Positions 1-12,950 of a DNA stretch of 64,000 bases are shown one piece after another. Every line of letters starts with the position of its first letter. Within the stretch, counting starts at the first letter, position 1. The translations under genes and the position numbers were made by a program. The stretch covers positions 30,878,001-30,942,000 of the forward strand of contig CM052817.1 of NCBI GenBank assembly GCA_028534125.1, in the 5' to 3' direction. Origin of the DNA: Lama glama (lineage: Eukaryota). The notes below the pieces were generated by a model. That model had not been told where the DNA came from and did no database searches. It saw only the letters and a list, made by a program, of their open reading frames with translations.

Positions 1-2009
1 CAGTCTAATTTTATTTGACTGCTTATAGGCAGTAAACAGAGCCAAAAGCCAGGACAAGAGCACCACAATCGATTATCCACAAACTAGATGATGTGAGTCA
101 TCACTACAGTGAACTCTAGCTTATTCAATAGTTAATTATCCACAAGCTGAGTATCCATAATTTATATGACCTACCTACAGCATCCTAGAAAAAAAACAAA
201 AATGTAAAAAAAAAAGTTTTTTTGGTGAATTGTCTTTAAAAAGTCCTAAGGCTCTCCTCTTTCTTGTGTATGCATCTATTATTTATGTGCAGTATTCCTG
301 AACATTTCCTTCTATCATGTTATGCAGAGGCTCTGCGAATAAAATCCTCCCAGGCAGCTCCTAGTCAGCTAGGACATCCTCATCTGCTATATTTATTCAT
401 GTTTCGATGCACACGCTAAATAAGAAATTGGCAAGACAATGCAAGGGGCTATGGATACTCAGCTTTGTTCTTAAGCTTGGAGTCAGGCGCCATTTCTCCT
501 GGTAGTTTATTTCCTACCAAATTTATGTGCAGAATATAAGGAGGATCTGATTTACACCCACACCAAAGAAGCAGCCCTGCCCTAAAATCACAATGCAGTG
601 CATTTGCGAGAGGATTGTTCTGCGAGAGACAGGGCGAGGTCATGTTTAGACGTTTGGCTGAAGTGCTGGATTGCCTGAGTTTGAATCCCACCAGCTGGTA
701 GGGTGACCCTGATCAAGTCAGAGTCTGTACTAGGTTCTGGGACAAAAGAATAAACAAGTTATAGCCCCTGTCTGATGGAAAATTACAGTTTAGAAAAAGA
801 GACAATTGAAAAGATTCTTATACAAGAGAATGCAGATAAAGGCATTTAACCCAGTCTCAGGATATCTGCCAGTTACTATATTATTATTGACATTGACGTT
901 ACCTGCCATAGATTGAATCTCTTAGAAAGTAGACCACAGATACACAAACACTGAAGGCAGATTTCCTCTTTCTCTCATACACATACACACATACACACAC
1001 ATGTATTGAAGATAGATTCTTTCTACACATGCATATGCATATATATTTATATACATACAAATATTTGCATACATTCATAAGTATATTTTTCCTTCAGGAA
1101 AAATGGATGGATGCTCCCACCATCCCCCTTTACTATTTGCCCTCTTCTTCATTATTTTTTTCCTTCTCTCTCAACCAAGAGTTACCTACCTGGCTCAAAT
1201 CCAAATTCTACCTCTTGCCAGTTTTCTGACCTCTCCCAAATTAACTTGACTTCACTAAGCGTCAGTTTCTCCATCTTGTGAGATGAAAATTAAAAGCAAT
1301 ATCATCTCACAGGGATTTTATGGCGATTATAAGCAATGATACTTGTAAAATGCTAAAGATAATGCCAGCCACTTAGTTAAGAATTCAGTTGATGTTAAGT
1401 TGCTTTTACAATCAGTATTCAAATTACCTCAGTCAATATAAGATCATTCATAGACTTGGAGCTCATTATTATTACCCTCCCTCTGGGCTCTTACAATTAT
1501 AGAAAACATTTATTGAACTTTTATAGGGAATGTAAATTTATCTGTGCAAGGAAGGCACTATTTTCTATGGCTCTCTATGAACAATCAGCTATAGCAGACT
1601 GGTTCCAATTATTGCATGTTGCCCAGATAAGAAGCTCTTTTCTCCACACACCCTCATCACCCCTATAAGTGTCACATGACCCCAGTGCTCAATTCCAGAG
1701 TGTGAAGAAGATTGCTACTCACCCAAGAAAGCCAAATGGAAGATTGAGCAACATCTTAGGCACACAGGCAGGCATTGCGCCTACAGGAAATTTGAAAGAC
1801 AGTACACTGGCTGCTCTCAATGCGGAATTCTCACCAGTGGGAGATAAGAAGGGAAACTGAAAGCCTGAGCTTTGTCCCTGTCTTCTCACAAGGGTCATAA
1901 TGTCTCATCCTCAGTACTGCTGGCCACCTGTACTTACCATGTGGAGCCTGGGATCTAGATCCTTTTGGATCTAGCTGCTGTCCAAATGGCCACTCCCACT
2001 CAGCTAAAG

Positions 2010-3184
2010 TGTTACGGAAATGACAGGCCAGCAAAGAAACAAGCAGCACTCGGAGGGTTGGAGTACTCAGATTTATTACGCCGGCGGGCTCAGAGGGGCT
2101 TCTGCTCTGAAGCTCTGAGCACCTCCAAGACGTGCACATGAGGTTTTATAGGGTTAATTACAAGTATGGGCTATTAGCCAATAAGGCTCAAACAACAAAA
2201 AGCAAGGAATCAGTACACTGGAGCTTATCAATTCGGAACAGATCACGTTACTGACACTTGTTGAGCTTGGATTTACGAGTTAGCTTGTTAGCCCAGTAAA
2301 CTGACACNNNNNNNNNNNNNNNNNNNNNNNNNNNNNNNNNNNNNNNNNNNNNNNNNNNNNNNNNNNNNNNNNNNNNNNNNNNNNNNNNNNNNNNNNNNNN
2401 NNNNNNNNNNNNNNNNNNNNNNNNNNNNNNNNNNNNNNNNNNNNNNNNNNNNNNNNNNNNNNNNNNNNNNNNNNNNNNNNNNNNNNNNNNNNNNNNNNNN
2501 NNNNNNNNNNNNNNNNNNNNNNNNNNNNNNNNNNNNNNNNNNNNNNNNNNNNNNNNNNNNNNNNNNNNNNNNNNNNNNNNNNNNNNNNNNNNNNNNNNNN
2601 NNNNNNNNNNNNNNNNNNNNNNNNNNNNNNNNNNNNNNNNNNNNNNNNNNNNNNNNNNNNNNNNNNNNNNNNNNNNNNNNNNNNNNNNNNNNNNNNNNNN
2701 NNNNNNNNNNNNNNNNNNNNNNNNNNNNNNNNNNNNNNNNNNNNNNNNNNNNNNNNNNNNNNNNNNNNNNNNNNNNNNNNNNNNNNNNNNNNNNNNNNNN
2801 NNNNNNNTTATAGGGTTAATTACAAGTATGGGCTATTAGCCAATAAGGCTCAAACAACAAAAAGCAAGGAATCAGTACACTGGAGCTTATCAATTCGGAA
2901 CAGATCACGTTACTGACACTTGTTGAGCTTGGATTTACGAGTTAGCTTGTTAGCCCAGTAAACTGACACTAAACTTTAGATTTACAAGTTAGCCCGGCAG
3001 AACTTAGATCAGTAAACCGACACTTATCACACTTAGATTTGTGACTGAGCTCATTAGCCCAATAGACTGACACTAAACTTCAGATTTATGAGTTAGCCCA
3101 GCAGAACTCAGATCAGTAATCCGACACTTGTTGCACTTAGATTTGTGACTTAGCTTGTTAGCCCAGCTGGGCTTTTCCTTCACA
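2010..3184 (-). mobile_element. ERV1-class solo LTR, about 513 bp once the gap and overlap are removed
   Basis: TG...CA termini (tgttacggaa at 2010, ccttcaca ending 3184) and a 4-bp TSD AAAG (2006-2009, 3185-3188). On the minus strand: TATAAAA (2144-2150), AATAAA (2072-2077) and tandem repeats in U3. Confidence 0.85.
2308..2807. other. Assembly gap of 500 N
   Basis: Exactly 500 N, flanked by an identical 162-bp sequence on both sides. Confidence 0.99.
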
Positions 3185-4988
3185 AAAGCAGATTGCTTTT
3201 TCAGACTAGAGAAGGAGATCAAAAATTAAGTCAATTTTCAAATTGTCTTCATGTCATCCTTGAAATGAAGCCTTTGAAAATCCAAGAGCTGAACTTTTGA
3301 CAATTTTGTTTCTGGGTCTATCTTGATAACTTCCTTTTAAGCCAATGAGTAGTTTACAAACAATTACCTGGGCAAAGTCATGTGAGGAAGAGCTTCCGGG
3401 TACAATTCAAAGAAGCACGTAAGGAAGAGACCACAAAGGGTGCAATTGACGTTAATTTCCTCTTTACATTTATGGCAGGTGAGCCTTGGTAAGAGAGCAA
3501 TTGAGAGGAAGCACTCCACAGTCGTCTAACTCTTTGTAACCAATCCCACCCTTAGTCTGACTGCAGATGCAGTGCTGAAATAGTCACCACATTGCTGGGG
3601 CAGAGAAGGGGCGAAGGGTTAGACCAGGAAAAGCAACCTCTAGCATGGCTAAGACCATGTACTCTGAAATCAAAAAGATCTGTGTTCCAATCCTCCTTCA
3701 GGTCCTGCAAGCTAAGTGACCCTGGACAAATCACTCAACCCCTCTGAGCTCTGGCTTCCTCGGTTGATAAACTGGATGCTGGTGGCAGTTCTGACTTCAC
3801 AAGGTTATTATTTAATAATAGTAAAGTTTTGGCACAAAGGCCCAATCAGCGGATGTTAGCTGCTATGACTTTCAAGGGCCATGGATGGAGGGAGGTTTAA
3901 GTCAAGAAAAGTTTATCGTGTCTGTGCGCTGCTGTGCCAAGCCTGTGCTATTAGGTTTCCAAGATTAAGAAACCACTTGATGCCTTGTCTAATGTCAGCA
4001 GCTCATTTCTGTTGTGCAAAATTCCCATTTGCAGGCCTCTCAGAAACTGTTATAGAATGAAGTACATAAAAGATTCATGCACATTCGGTAGTTACCTCCT
4101 GGATAACACTTCTCAGGGGATTGATTAAGGAATTTAATTTAAATCAACAGAACCAGTAGTATTTCTGCTGATCCCTTGTGTAACTGTGTTAGTGAACATA
4201 AATATACATGGACAGGCTTTGGGTATTCTGTGATTCTTACAATTATCCAGTTCAAAGGAAAGCAAACTGATTACCATATGCATGAAACAGAGGAAGAGAT
4301 AGTTCTGTTCCATGTCAGCAGCAGGGGAAAGGTGGTTTTGAAATATGAATGTCCCACTACTTTTATTTGATGTGTTTTCAACGCTTGTATAAAGAAAATA
4401 CTCACCAAAATATGATACTTGGAAGTAAACTGAGTGTACTCTTCTTCTCAAGTCGCTGTGTTCAAACTTTGACCAAAAGTCACGCTCACTAATGTAACCC
4501 CCGCAGTAGTATGCACACCCAAGGGATGGAATGCCAAGTAAATAATCCTTTTCTTGTACTTGATTGACATGATGTGCTTCATAATGTCTAGCATTATATT
4601 GGACAGCAAAGAGCTTCTCTTTTGCAATATCTTTCATACAAGCTTAATAGATAAATAAAAAGCAGAAATTCTCTGGTTCAAATGTAGGTTACATGCCTGA
4701 AACGTTGGCCTTGTAGCCTCCCTCTCAGTCCCCAGAACTAGCCCCTGAAATGACCCTGTGTCATCCAAAGACTCAGAAGAACATAGTTTGAAAACATGTG
4801 TGATGCATTACTTTATTATGCACCTTCACACTATTTTCTTTTAACCTCTCAAATGCCCTGTGATGTTAATCTTAACACTCTCACTTTAGCAGATCAAGAA
4901 ACCAAGATTCCAAAGGGAAATATTTTTCAAGGTCACTCAGCTATGGGTCTCAGATTTGGACTCAAACCCAAATCCTCTTGCTCTAAAG

Positions 4989-5213
4989 CAGGGTATCCTA
5001 ATGTTGGTGCTACTGATGTTTGCAGCTGGATGATCCTTTGGTCTGTGGGTCTGTCATGCATGTCATAGAATATTTAACAGCATAATTGGCTTCTACCTGC
5101 TAGAAGTCCCTGTATGCTGTCCCCATAATGACCATCAAAAATGTCTTCAGACATTACCAAAGGCCCCATGCAGTGGAGTGAGGGGATAAAATGGCCCCTG
5201 GTGGACAACCAGG
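4989..5213. mobile_element. MER20-like hAT DNA transposon
   Basis: Matches MER20 hallmarks (catcaaaaatgtcttcagacattaccaaa; tggcccctggtggacaacca) and resembles the copy at 34200. Confidence 0.7.
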
Positions 5214-5229
5214 GCTCTTAATCTGATAT

Positions 5230-5722
5230 GCAAGGATCCTAAAAGGGCTCATGGGTAGGATTCTAGGGGTCCTTGAACTTGGCGGAAAAGATATGCATTT
5301 TTATTTTCACTAAACTCTTTTACAAATTTAATGTTTCTTTCCACATTAAATGTAAGCAACAGACCTTAATAAAAGTATCAGAACTTGTGGCTTTAAATCA
5401 GAAAAAAGTACCAACATACCCTATTTTCTGTCCAATTACAGTTATTGCAGGTATTTCAAAATACCACTGAACATTAGGGTAAATGACTCTAATTGCTACT
5501 TCAAAATTATGCCAGATAGCTGACCGACTGATCTTATTTAAGACATTACTGCAGAAGCATGTATATTACTGTATTTCTTAATTTTTGTTAATTATATTTC
5601 AAGATATTTCCCTTTGTGATCCTTTCTTTACTCTTCTGCATCTACACATCTTCTGAGATGGCATCCATAGGTTTAACCTGACTGTGAGAGGGGTCTATGA
5701 CACAAAAAGTCCACAAAGCCCT
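5230..5722. mobile_element. Degraded hAT-Charlie-type non-autonomous element
   Basis: Terminal motif ggggtctatgacacaaaaag resembles Charlie/MER ends; subfamily not determined. Confidence 0.45.
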
Positions 5723-8700
5723 ATTCTAAAGCTTCTGCGTCTTATCACTTATACTTGGGGAGACATCTGGTAAAGTTGTTTAGTGTCCAAGAGCACAGAC
5801 TCTATTCTACCTGCATTCAAATGACTGGCTGTAACCTTAACTAACTCTCTAAACCTCAGTTTCTTCATCTGTCAAACAAGAACACTACTGATAGGTATCT
5901 CATGCTGGCTTCCATAAGGTTAAGTTTTTAGCTCAGTGCCCAGCACTTGGTCGGGACTTAATAACTACAAGTTATTATTTAGTGTCTTATGATGTGGCCT
6001 CTGTTCACGTGGAATTGTCTAGTAAGTATTTTGCCAATAGCCACGGCATAGACAAAGCACAGAAATCTCTGAAATAGATGCCAGGGAATGTAAAATACTT
6101 ACATTCCTCTCTCTCCTGGCTGGTGGTGGTTATCATTTTCCATTTGCAGGGGATGTATAAGAAATTCATTTTCTTTAAGAAGGATCTGAAAGTGCTCAAA
6201 ATTGCATTTGTTCCTGGACACTGTGGGGATGGAAACAGCATGTATTTCACAGTGCTGAGCTCGGCGGGTGAGAAAGCAGCGGGAACAGTGACAACAGAAG
6301 TAAACTGGGAATTGCTGGACTGGGTGGAGCTTCAGTCCCCAGGTTCCTGCCTTTTCCCTGCCCCTCAGTGCCAATTACCAACAGACCCCTGCAGACCACA
6401 TTTTTCCATCCCTGCTCAATTCTCACTCAAAAGGATTTCTTTTCTCTTGTGATGCCAATTCATGATAAATGCTCACAGAGGCATGACAATTTCACTTGCC
6501 AGACCATCTGGCTACTGGATATTTTACCGTGATTTTTAGAGCCAGGAGCTTTACTAGTTGCCCTGTTTCTAAGGAAACAGAAGCTACGGTGACAATTCGT
6601 GACTTAGATGAACTGTCTCACTGCTCATTACAGACGGCCTCTGGGGGTCAGCAGGCACGAGTTGTACTTGTGTTCTTGCAGCCAGAGCGCTAGGCGCCAT
6701 GCTGCTCACTCTCATTCTTCTTATTTGCATCCCTCCCTTTTGAACCACTTGGGGAACCAAACTGAGGTATGACCTGAGCATAGGAAAGTCCTTATTCAAC
6801 CCTCTTTCTCTGGGATGGATGGATGGATGGAGTCAGTCATTCAGTAATTCAGTCAACAAACAAATATTGAGTATTTGAACATCAGGTCACTTCCACACTT
6901 AAGCAGTTCAGGATAAAGTCCAAGTTCCTTAGTTCAGCAAATAAACAAAATCCAATGGTAGTCAAACTGCATTCATTCAAACTGCACAGTAGTCAAACTG
7001 CATTCATTAACGGGTGAAACCAATTTAGTGGGTGATGACAAGCATTTTTAGAAATGGATAGAATAGAATAAGACAGAATAAAGGAAAATGCATTCCAAGT
7101 ATCAAGGGTAAATGTTGCTTCATGAAATTTTTCTTAAATATTTTTTGTGTGTTGTATTGAGATGAAAGGTAAAATGCATTTCTTGTTGGAGAGTGACATG
7201 AAGAAAAAGTTTGAAAGATACTGGCTGTAAAATCTCTTTTACCCACCTCCCTCCCATCTCTCATTGTGACATCAAAATTCATTTTCATGAATTTCATGCT
7301 GCACTGCCCCAGTTCTCTAAAAGCACACATTCTTTTATGGTTCTAGAGTCTTGCACCGTGCACTCTTACTTTAGCTTACAACACATCCACCAGTGCCTGG
7401 CTCATAGCTCCTTGTCCTACCTCTAGCCTCTTCCAGGAAGCATCTCCCACTGCCACCAACTTGGGTTGAGTCTCCTTCTAACAGCTCATAAGCCCCTCTT
7501 GCATCCTAGTGCGTGTATACCTTTCAACTGTACTTACTTGTTTTTTTATTTTTTCAACTATGTGCTCTTGAGGATCACAGCTACGTATAATTGGATGTCA
7601 CAGCTGCAGGTTTAACTTCCACTGGAGACTGTGAAAAGCAGCCAAGCCTGAGAAATAGTAATCTAGTTCAAGTGTGAGATGCTCATTAGTGGTGGTGATA
7701 CACTGGATGATTTTTGCCTAGAACATTAAATGACATAGTATTAAAGAGTATTGAACCACTTCTTGAGAAAGTTATTCCCTTTGCAAATCTTACTCATCTT
7801 TCTGTTTACAAAAGGGAGAAAGAAAAATACATTTGTTGTGTTAAAGGATAGGTTTTGTAAAAAAGGAAAATTATGACTCTCCTACCAATATAAAATGAAC
7901 ATGTATGAATGATTTAACTCATTGATTAATAAGGGAACCAGTCAGATGCTGCAACCAGATGAAAGGAAGGTTAAAAGGACTCCGCATATTAAGACAAATA
8001 AGGAATGCTGAAATGAAATTACAAGTAGAAGCAAAGGGGTCTGTTCACAAGACAATAATCGATTTCACGTCACTTGACACAATAAATTGTGTTTCTATGG
8101 ATAAGAATCACTTGCTTTATCATCATTTTCTACAACTTAGTGAGTTGTAAAGTAACTCAAAGGACAATGAAAAGCTGAGATAACATAGAAGGGTTATCTT
8201 TTTGGTCCATTTCAGTCTTTCGTAATTTTTCCCAACTGGTACAAGTCTTTCCTCTCCCTCCAATAATGCTAGTCTTCTTCTTTGTAACAGATAGACAGCA
8301 AGCCACTCTCTCTGAGCTGGTCATAAAGCCATGACTAGCTGGAATAGGATAGCATCATCTTGTTTTTTTGTCATTACCTTACACTTATCTTTTATTATCT
8401 ACAATAAATCATTTTAATTCATTGTATTGGTGCAAATTTTTTGTTTAAAAATGTATTAATATAGTAAGTCTATTGAAAGAAAATAATGAGAAAAATCACA
8501 GCACAGTGATACAAATATTAGGAGGCCATTTATATACTGTTAGAACAGACTTAAAAACAGACTCTCTGGGATCAAGTAACTTTAATAAGTTCCTTAAGCT
8601 CTCTACACTTCAGTTATTTTATTTGTAAAATGTGTTTTTCTGTAAAATGGACATAATAATAGTATCTACCTCATAATGTTATTGTGAAGATGATTTAATG

Positions 8701-8949
8701 CTTAGAATAGTATCTGCATATAGCAAATACTGAATACAAATTAATCATCACTATTATTGTTTTTATTACTATAATTATATGACAGAAGTTGTGAGGACAG
8801 TAAGCATGTAATGGCAGTTTGGGAAACACTGGTGTCTATAGCAACAACCAACTGATAGGACTTTGTCTTTTTGTTGCCACTACGTGAGAGTATTTCTGAA
8901 GGGTATCAGACTTGTAGTTTCTCAGCTCACAGAACTGGTAACTTCATAT

Positions 8950-10235
8950 CTCTCTAATCCCTTCCAGCCTTCCAACAAAAACTCTTCAGTAATATATCAA
9001 CCCTACTGACCTTCAAATTCACTGACCCCACCACGCAGCAATGAGTTCAATGTCCCCACTACTGAGCTTAGAATCCATTGTTCATCACTATGATCATTCA
9101 TATACATATATACTCAACCCCCTTATTCCTGTTTCATAATGTGTGCCTAGAAAATCTTCAACCCTGAATAAATATAATTACCCAATGCGTGTATAAATGG
9201 AGGAACACGACTGAGAGGCAAACCTAACAGTGACAATTAATCAAATTATAAATGTATAACCAAACCCTAAAAGGCCCTCAGCAGCGTCCAGCAATCCTAC
9301 TACATTTTCTTGACTGACTCTAATGCTCTGAGACTACTATTTCACATCTTTTCCTCTCTCCTCAAGTCTCCAGTACCCACCCCACTTGCAGCACTTGTTC
9401 TTGCCTATACCTCACCAATAAATGGAAACAATCAGAAGGTAGCTACCACATTTTTCCACCAGCAAATTTACCAAGCCTCAAAATATCCCCACAGAGAGTG
9501 ACATCCTACAGTTAGGGTGGATAGAATGTACCTGCTTCAGCCATCCACAGCTAGGGCTCTACCTCTGCACTGGCTGCCATCCCCTCTGGCTACTCAAGGA
9601 CTTTCCTCCTACAGTTCCCCCCATTTCTTTCCTGCATCACCAACTTCCCCTTTTTGTATTGGACTATTCCTTACAGAACACAAACGTGCTGTATTATATT
9701 TTTTGATCACCTGCATACTCCAGCTAGCACACCAAACCTTAGAGCCAAAGCCACTGAAAGAGTTGCCTCCACTTCTTCAGAATGTTCTACCCACCCTATA
9801 ATCTACTTAGCGAGGTGAAGAGTGAAACTCCATCTTGTTGATTTCAGTGGAAAGTTATCAATCTTTATCCTACTAGACCTCTCAGAAGCAATTACTCAAA
9901 CTCTTTTTCTTAAAACATTATACTTTCTTGCTCCAAGGACGTCACAATCTCTAACCTTTAATTACATCTTTCTAACCGGCCACTTTTCCTCAATGTCCGT
10001 ACTGATTCTTTGTCCTCTGCCAGATGTGTGAGTGTTGGATTGCCCTTCAGTGCTGAACATTATTCTCAATGTACAATCATTTCCATGGCTTGAAATTTCA
10101 TCTATATGCTGGTCTTTTCTAAGTTTCTCTCTTTAACCCTGAAATCTCTCTGAGGCCCAGATTTGATTACACAGTGTTAATTAAAAATCTCCACTTCAGT
10201 ATCAGTAGGCATCTCAAATCAATATGCCCAAAATA
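8950..10235 (+). mobile_element. L2 LINE relic
   Basis: L2 3' ORF2-like motifs (catggcttgaaatttcatctatatgctg; atctccactt...aggcatctcaaa). Confidence 0.7.
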
Positions 10236-10399
10236 ATAATAATCATAATATCTGAATAGTCAAGATATATATTAGATTCATGTATCAAAGAAACTCAAAA
10301 ACACACTGCCTTAAATTAAGAGCAAAGTTTATTTCTCTGTCACATAAATGTTCATTTAGGTGATTATGTCAAATAGAGTACAGACAAGGTTATGTGAAT

Positions 10400-11700
10400 A
10401 TTTGGGAATAAGGGATTTATTAAAGGAATAAGACTTTACTAACTGAGGGGGAGAAGATGTGGAAGTTAGATTCCAGATGGGAATAGTGGAGCATCAGAGA
10501 GAAGTCTCTAATGAGGTCTCCTGAAGCAGTACTGTGAGTAGACAAGTTGGAGATTACAGAGGACTCTGGGAAGCCAGATACTTTCAGCAGCCAATGTGGG
10601 ACAATGAATGGGAGCTGGTGAAAATTTCCATTGAAATACATTACTTTTGCTGAGATACTTCTTCTGTAGGTCCACACCTAAATATTTAGCAGTGGGATAA
10701 TGGCCACTGTTGGTCAATATGGTGAGTAGTCAGGAGGAATAGACAAATGGAGATCAGGGGAGAGCAAGAACAAAATCAAATCCACCATGACCTAGAGAAG
10801 AGATGTATATAGGGAGAGCAGTGGACCAAAGAGGACACTGAGGACAAGGTCATCATTTAAGGGACAGACAAAAGAGAGGAAGTCCATTTGTAAAAAAGAA
10901 GAAATAGGAAGGTCAGAAAAATGAGGGAAAACCAGGAGAAAGCAGTGGAATGTAAGCCAAGAGAATTAAGAATTAATTCATAATTAAAATTATAAAGCAG
11001 TGAGTTATCAATCAAGTCTTGACTTCAGAAATATTTGTAAGGTAAGAACTGAAAGGTGGCCATTGGATTTGGCATTAAGGCAGTCAGTGGTGACCTCTGA
11101 GAGTCCAAGGATATGCGAGTTGTGTGGTAGTAGAAACATGTAGACACTCTTTCAAAAAGGGAAGGAAAGAGGGAAGGCAGTAGCTGGAAGGCATAGCCAA
11201 GAGACTAGTTCGGTTGCAATTACTTGCAGTTTTGTGTTTATTTGTGTGTTTATTTGTTTGCATTGCAAAGACTGAAACATGTTTATAAGCTATAATGAAG
11301 GATCTCTTTCAGAAAAGGGCAAGTAGAGGCGTGAAAGACAGAATAAATAATTGACTAATTAAAGTCCTGGCATTGGTGAGAGGGGATAAAATTGTGGAAA
11401 CAATGGAGGGTTTTAACTCAAACAGAAAGCTAAGGATCAGTATGCACACATTGTCGGTGAAGGGATCGCTCTTCTTTTGGAGGTTATCTGCTAGGTAGTG
11501 TCCCCTATGTGGTGGCTATTTTCCAGGGAACTTAAGAAGAGTAAAGAAGATTTGGAATAGCTGCTTGAGTTCAATAAGAGAGTTTTTGCCAAACAATTGA
11601 AAGGAATGTAGAGTTGGATTCAGGATCTGACTGAGGTTGATGGCACATTTGTAGTGGAACTGTGCTGAACAACTGTACCACATTGTCCTTCAGTGTTTGG
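10400..11700 (-). mobile_element. L2 LINE relic
   Basis: Purine-rich reverse L2 motifs (gaaaaccaggaga; aagaactgaaaggtggccattggatttggca...ggtgacct). Confidence 0.6.
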
Positions 11701-11764
11701 TCAGAGTGTACAGGTAGAGTGCCAAGTTGCTCATTCCAAAATTAATGTTCTTCACCATGATGGA

Positions 11765-12135
11765 TTCAGTCATTTAGGATGCATTCTTCTTGCAAGAAAT
11801 AGATAATTGAACTGGTTTAAACAAAGCTGAGTCTTTTTCTCACACAATGAAGTCTAAAGTTAGATGCCTGGGGACATTGGTTCAACAACTCAACAAAGGT
11901 AATAAGAACCAGTCTCTCTAACTCTTTCTGCTTTTTGACCACATTTGCATTCGATCCAGTAGGAAAAGATTGAAGGAGGGTTGGTGCCAATGTTATCAGT
12001 GCCTTTTATTAGGAAGGCAAAACCTTTCCCAAAAACCCCTGGCTTGACTATCTCACAGAATGTCTTAGAGGAATTGGAGTCCCCCAGATGGTCGAGAAGA
12101 GGCTGGCAACAGGCTTAGTGTGTATCAACAAGCAA
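11765..12135 (-). mobile_element. Old MaLR LTR (MLT1J/K-like) fragment
   Basis: ttaggatgcattc...gcaagaaataga...actggtttaaacaa...tttttctcaca pattern. Confidence 0.45.
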
Positions 12136-12219
12136 TATCTACTCTAAAAATCAGAGAAGTTGAGCCTACATGAAAAAGTGGTTCAAATGATAAGTCATAC
12201 GATCTACATAAAGAGAGAG

Positions 12220-12950
12220 GTGGACAGTACCTTAACCACGTGATCTCACTTGGCACTGAAAATAATATAAATTTATACCAAGTGCCTTTTGATTTGAAGC
12301 AACGGGAGGTGCATCGCCCTTAGGAGTTTTCTTACCGAGAGTGTGAAACCTGAATCTAATCTTGCAAAACAATAAAATGAATCCAAATTGTAAGACATTC
12401 TATACAGAAGTTGACCTGAACTCTTCAACTAGGTCCAGAAAGGAAAAAAAAAGGGGGCAAAGGACTAATCGAGGCAAAATAGATTAAATAGTCATTGAAT
12501 ACAATGATTAAATAGGCAATGAAATACAATGTCTGGTCCTTGATTCAATTCTGGAATTTTTCTCAAAGAAAAGCAACACTTATAAAATACATTTTTGGAA
12601 TAAATGGATAATGTTTACTATGGATGAAATATGTTCAAAGATAATTTCTTGGGTGTAATAATGACTATGTTATCTTGTAGTGTGAGATAGCCTTGTTCTT
12701 AGAGGTTTCATGCTGTCGTGTTGGGGAGTAAGTCATTCTGATGGCTGTAATTACTTTCAAATTGTTCACAAAAATACTACACGTATTTTATGATTATACA
12801 CACACATACACATACAGGAACAGAAAGAAAGAAAAGGAGCAAATGTGGTAAAATATTAGCAATTGTTGGATTTAAGGGAAGAGAATACAAGTGTTCATTG
12901 TATGATTTTTTTCAGCTTTCATATAGATTTTTAGTTTTTCTAAATAAAAA
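12220..12950 (+). mobile_element. Ancient L1 (L1MC/L1ME) 3' UTR fragment
   Basis: gcaaatgtggtaaaatattagcaattg and gtgttcattgtatgatttttt motifs. Confidence 0.6.

Noticed and set aside
2908..3168. Repeat-spacer-like pattern suggesting a CRISPR array
   Set aside because: The intervening segments are themselves repeated, the array lies inside a retroviral LTR, the DNA is mammalian and there are no cas genes
6005..6452. Three overlapping ORFs of 81-124 aa
   Set aside because: No recognisable domain or exon structure; lengths are compatible with chance
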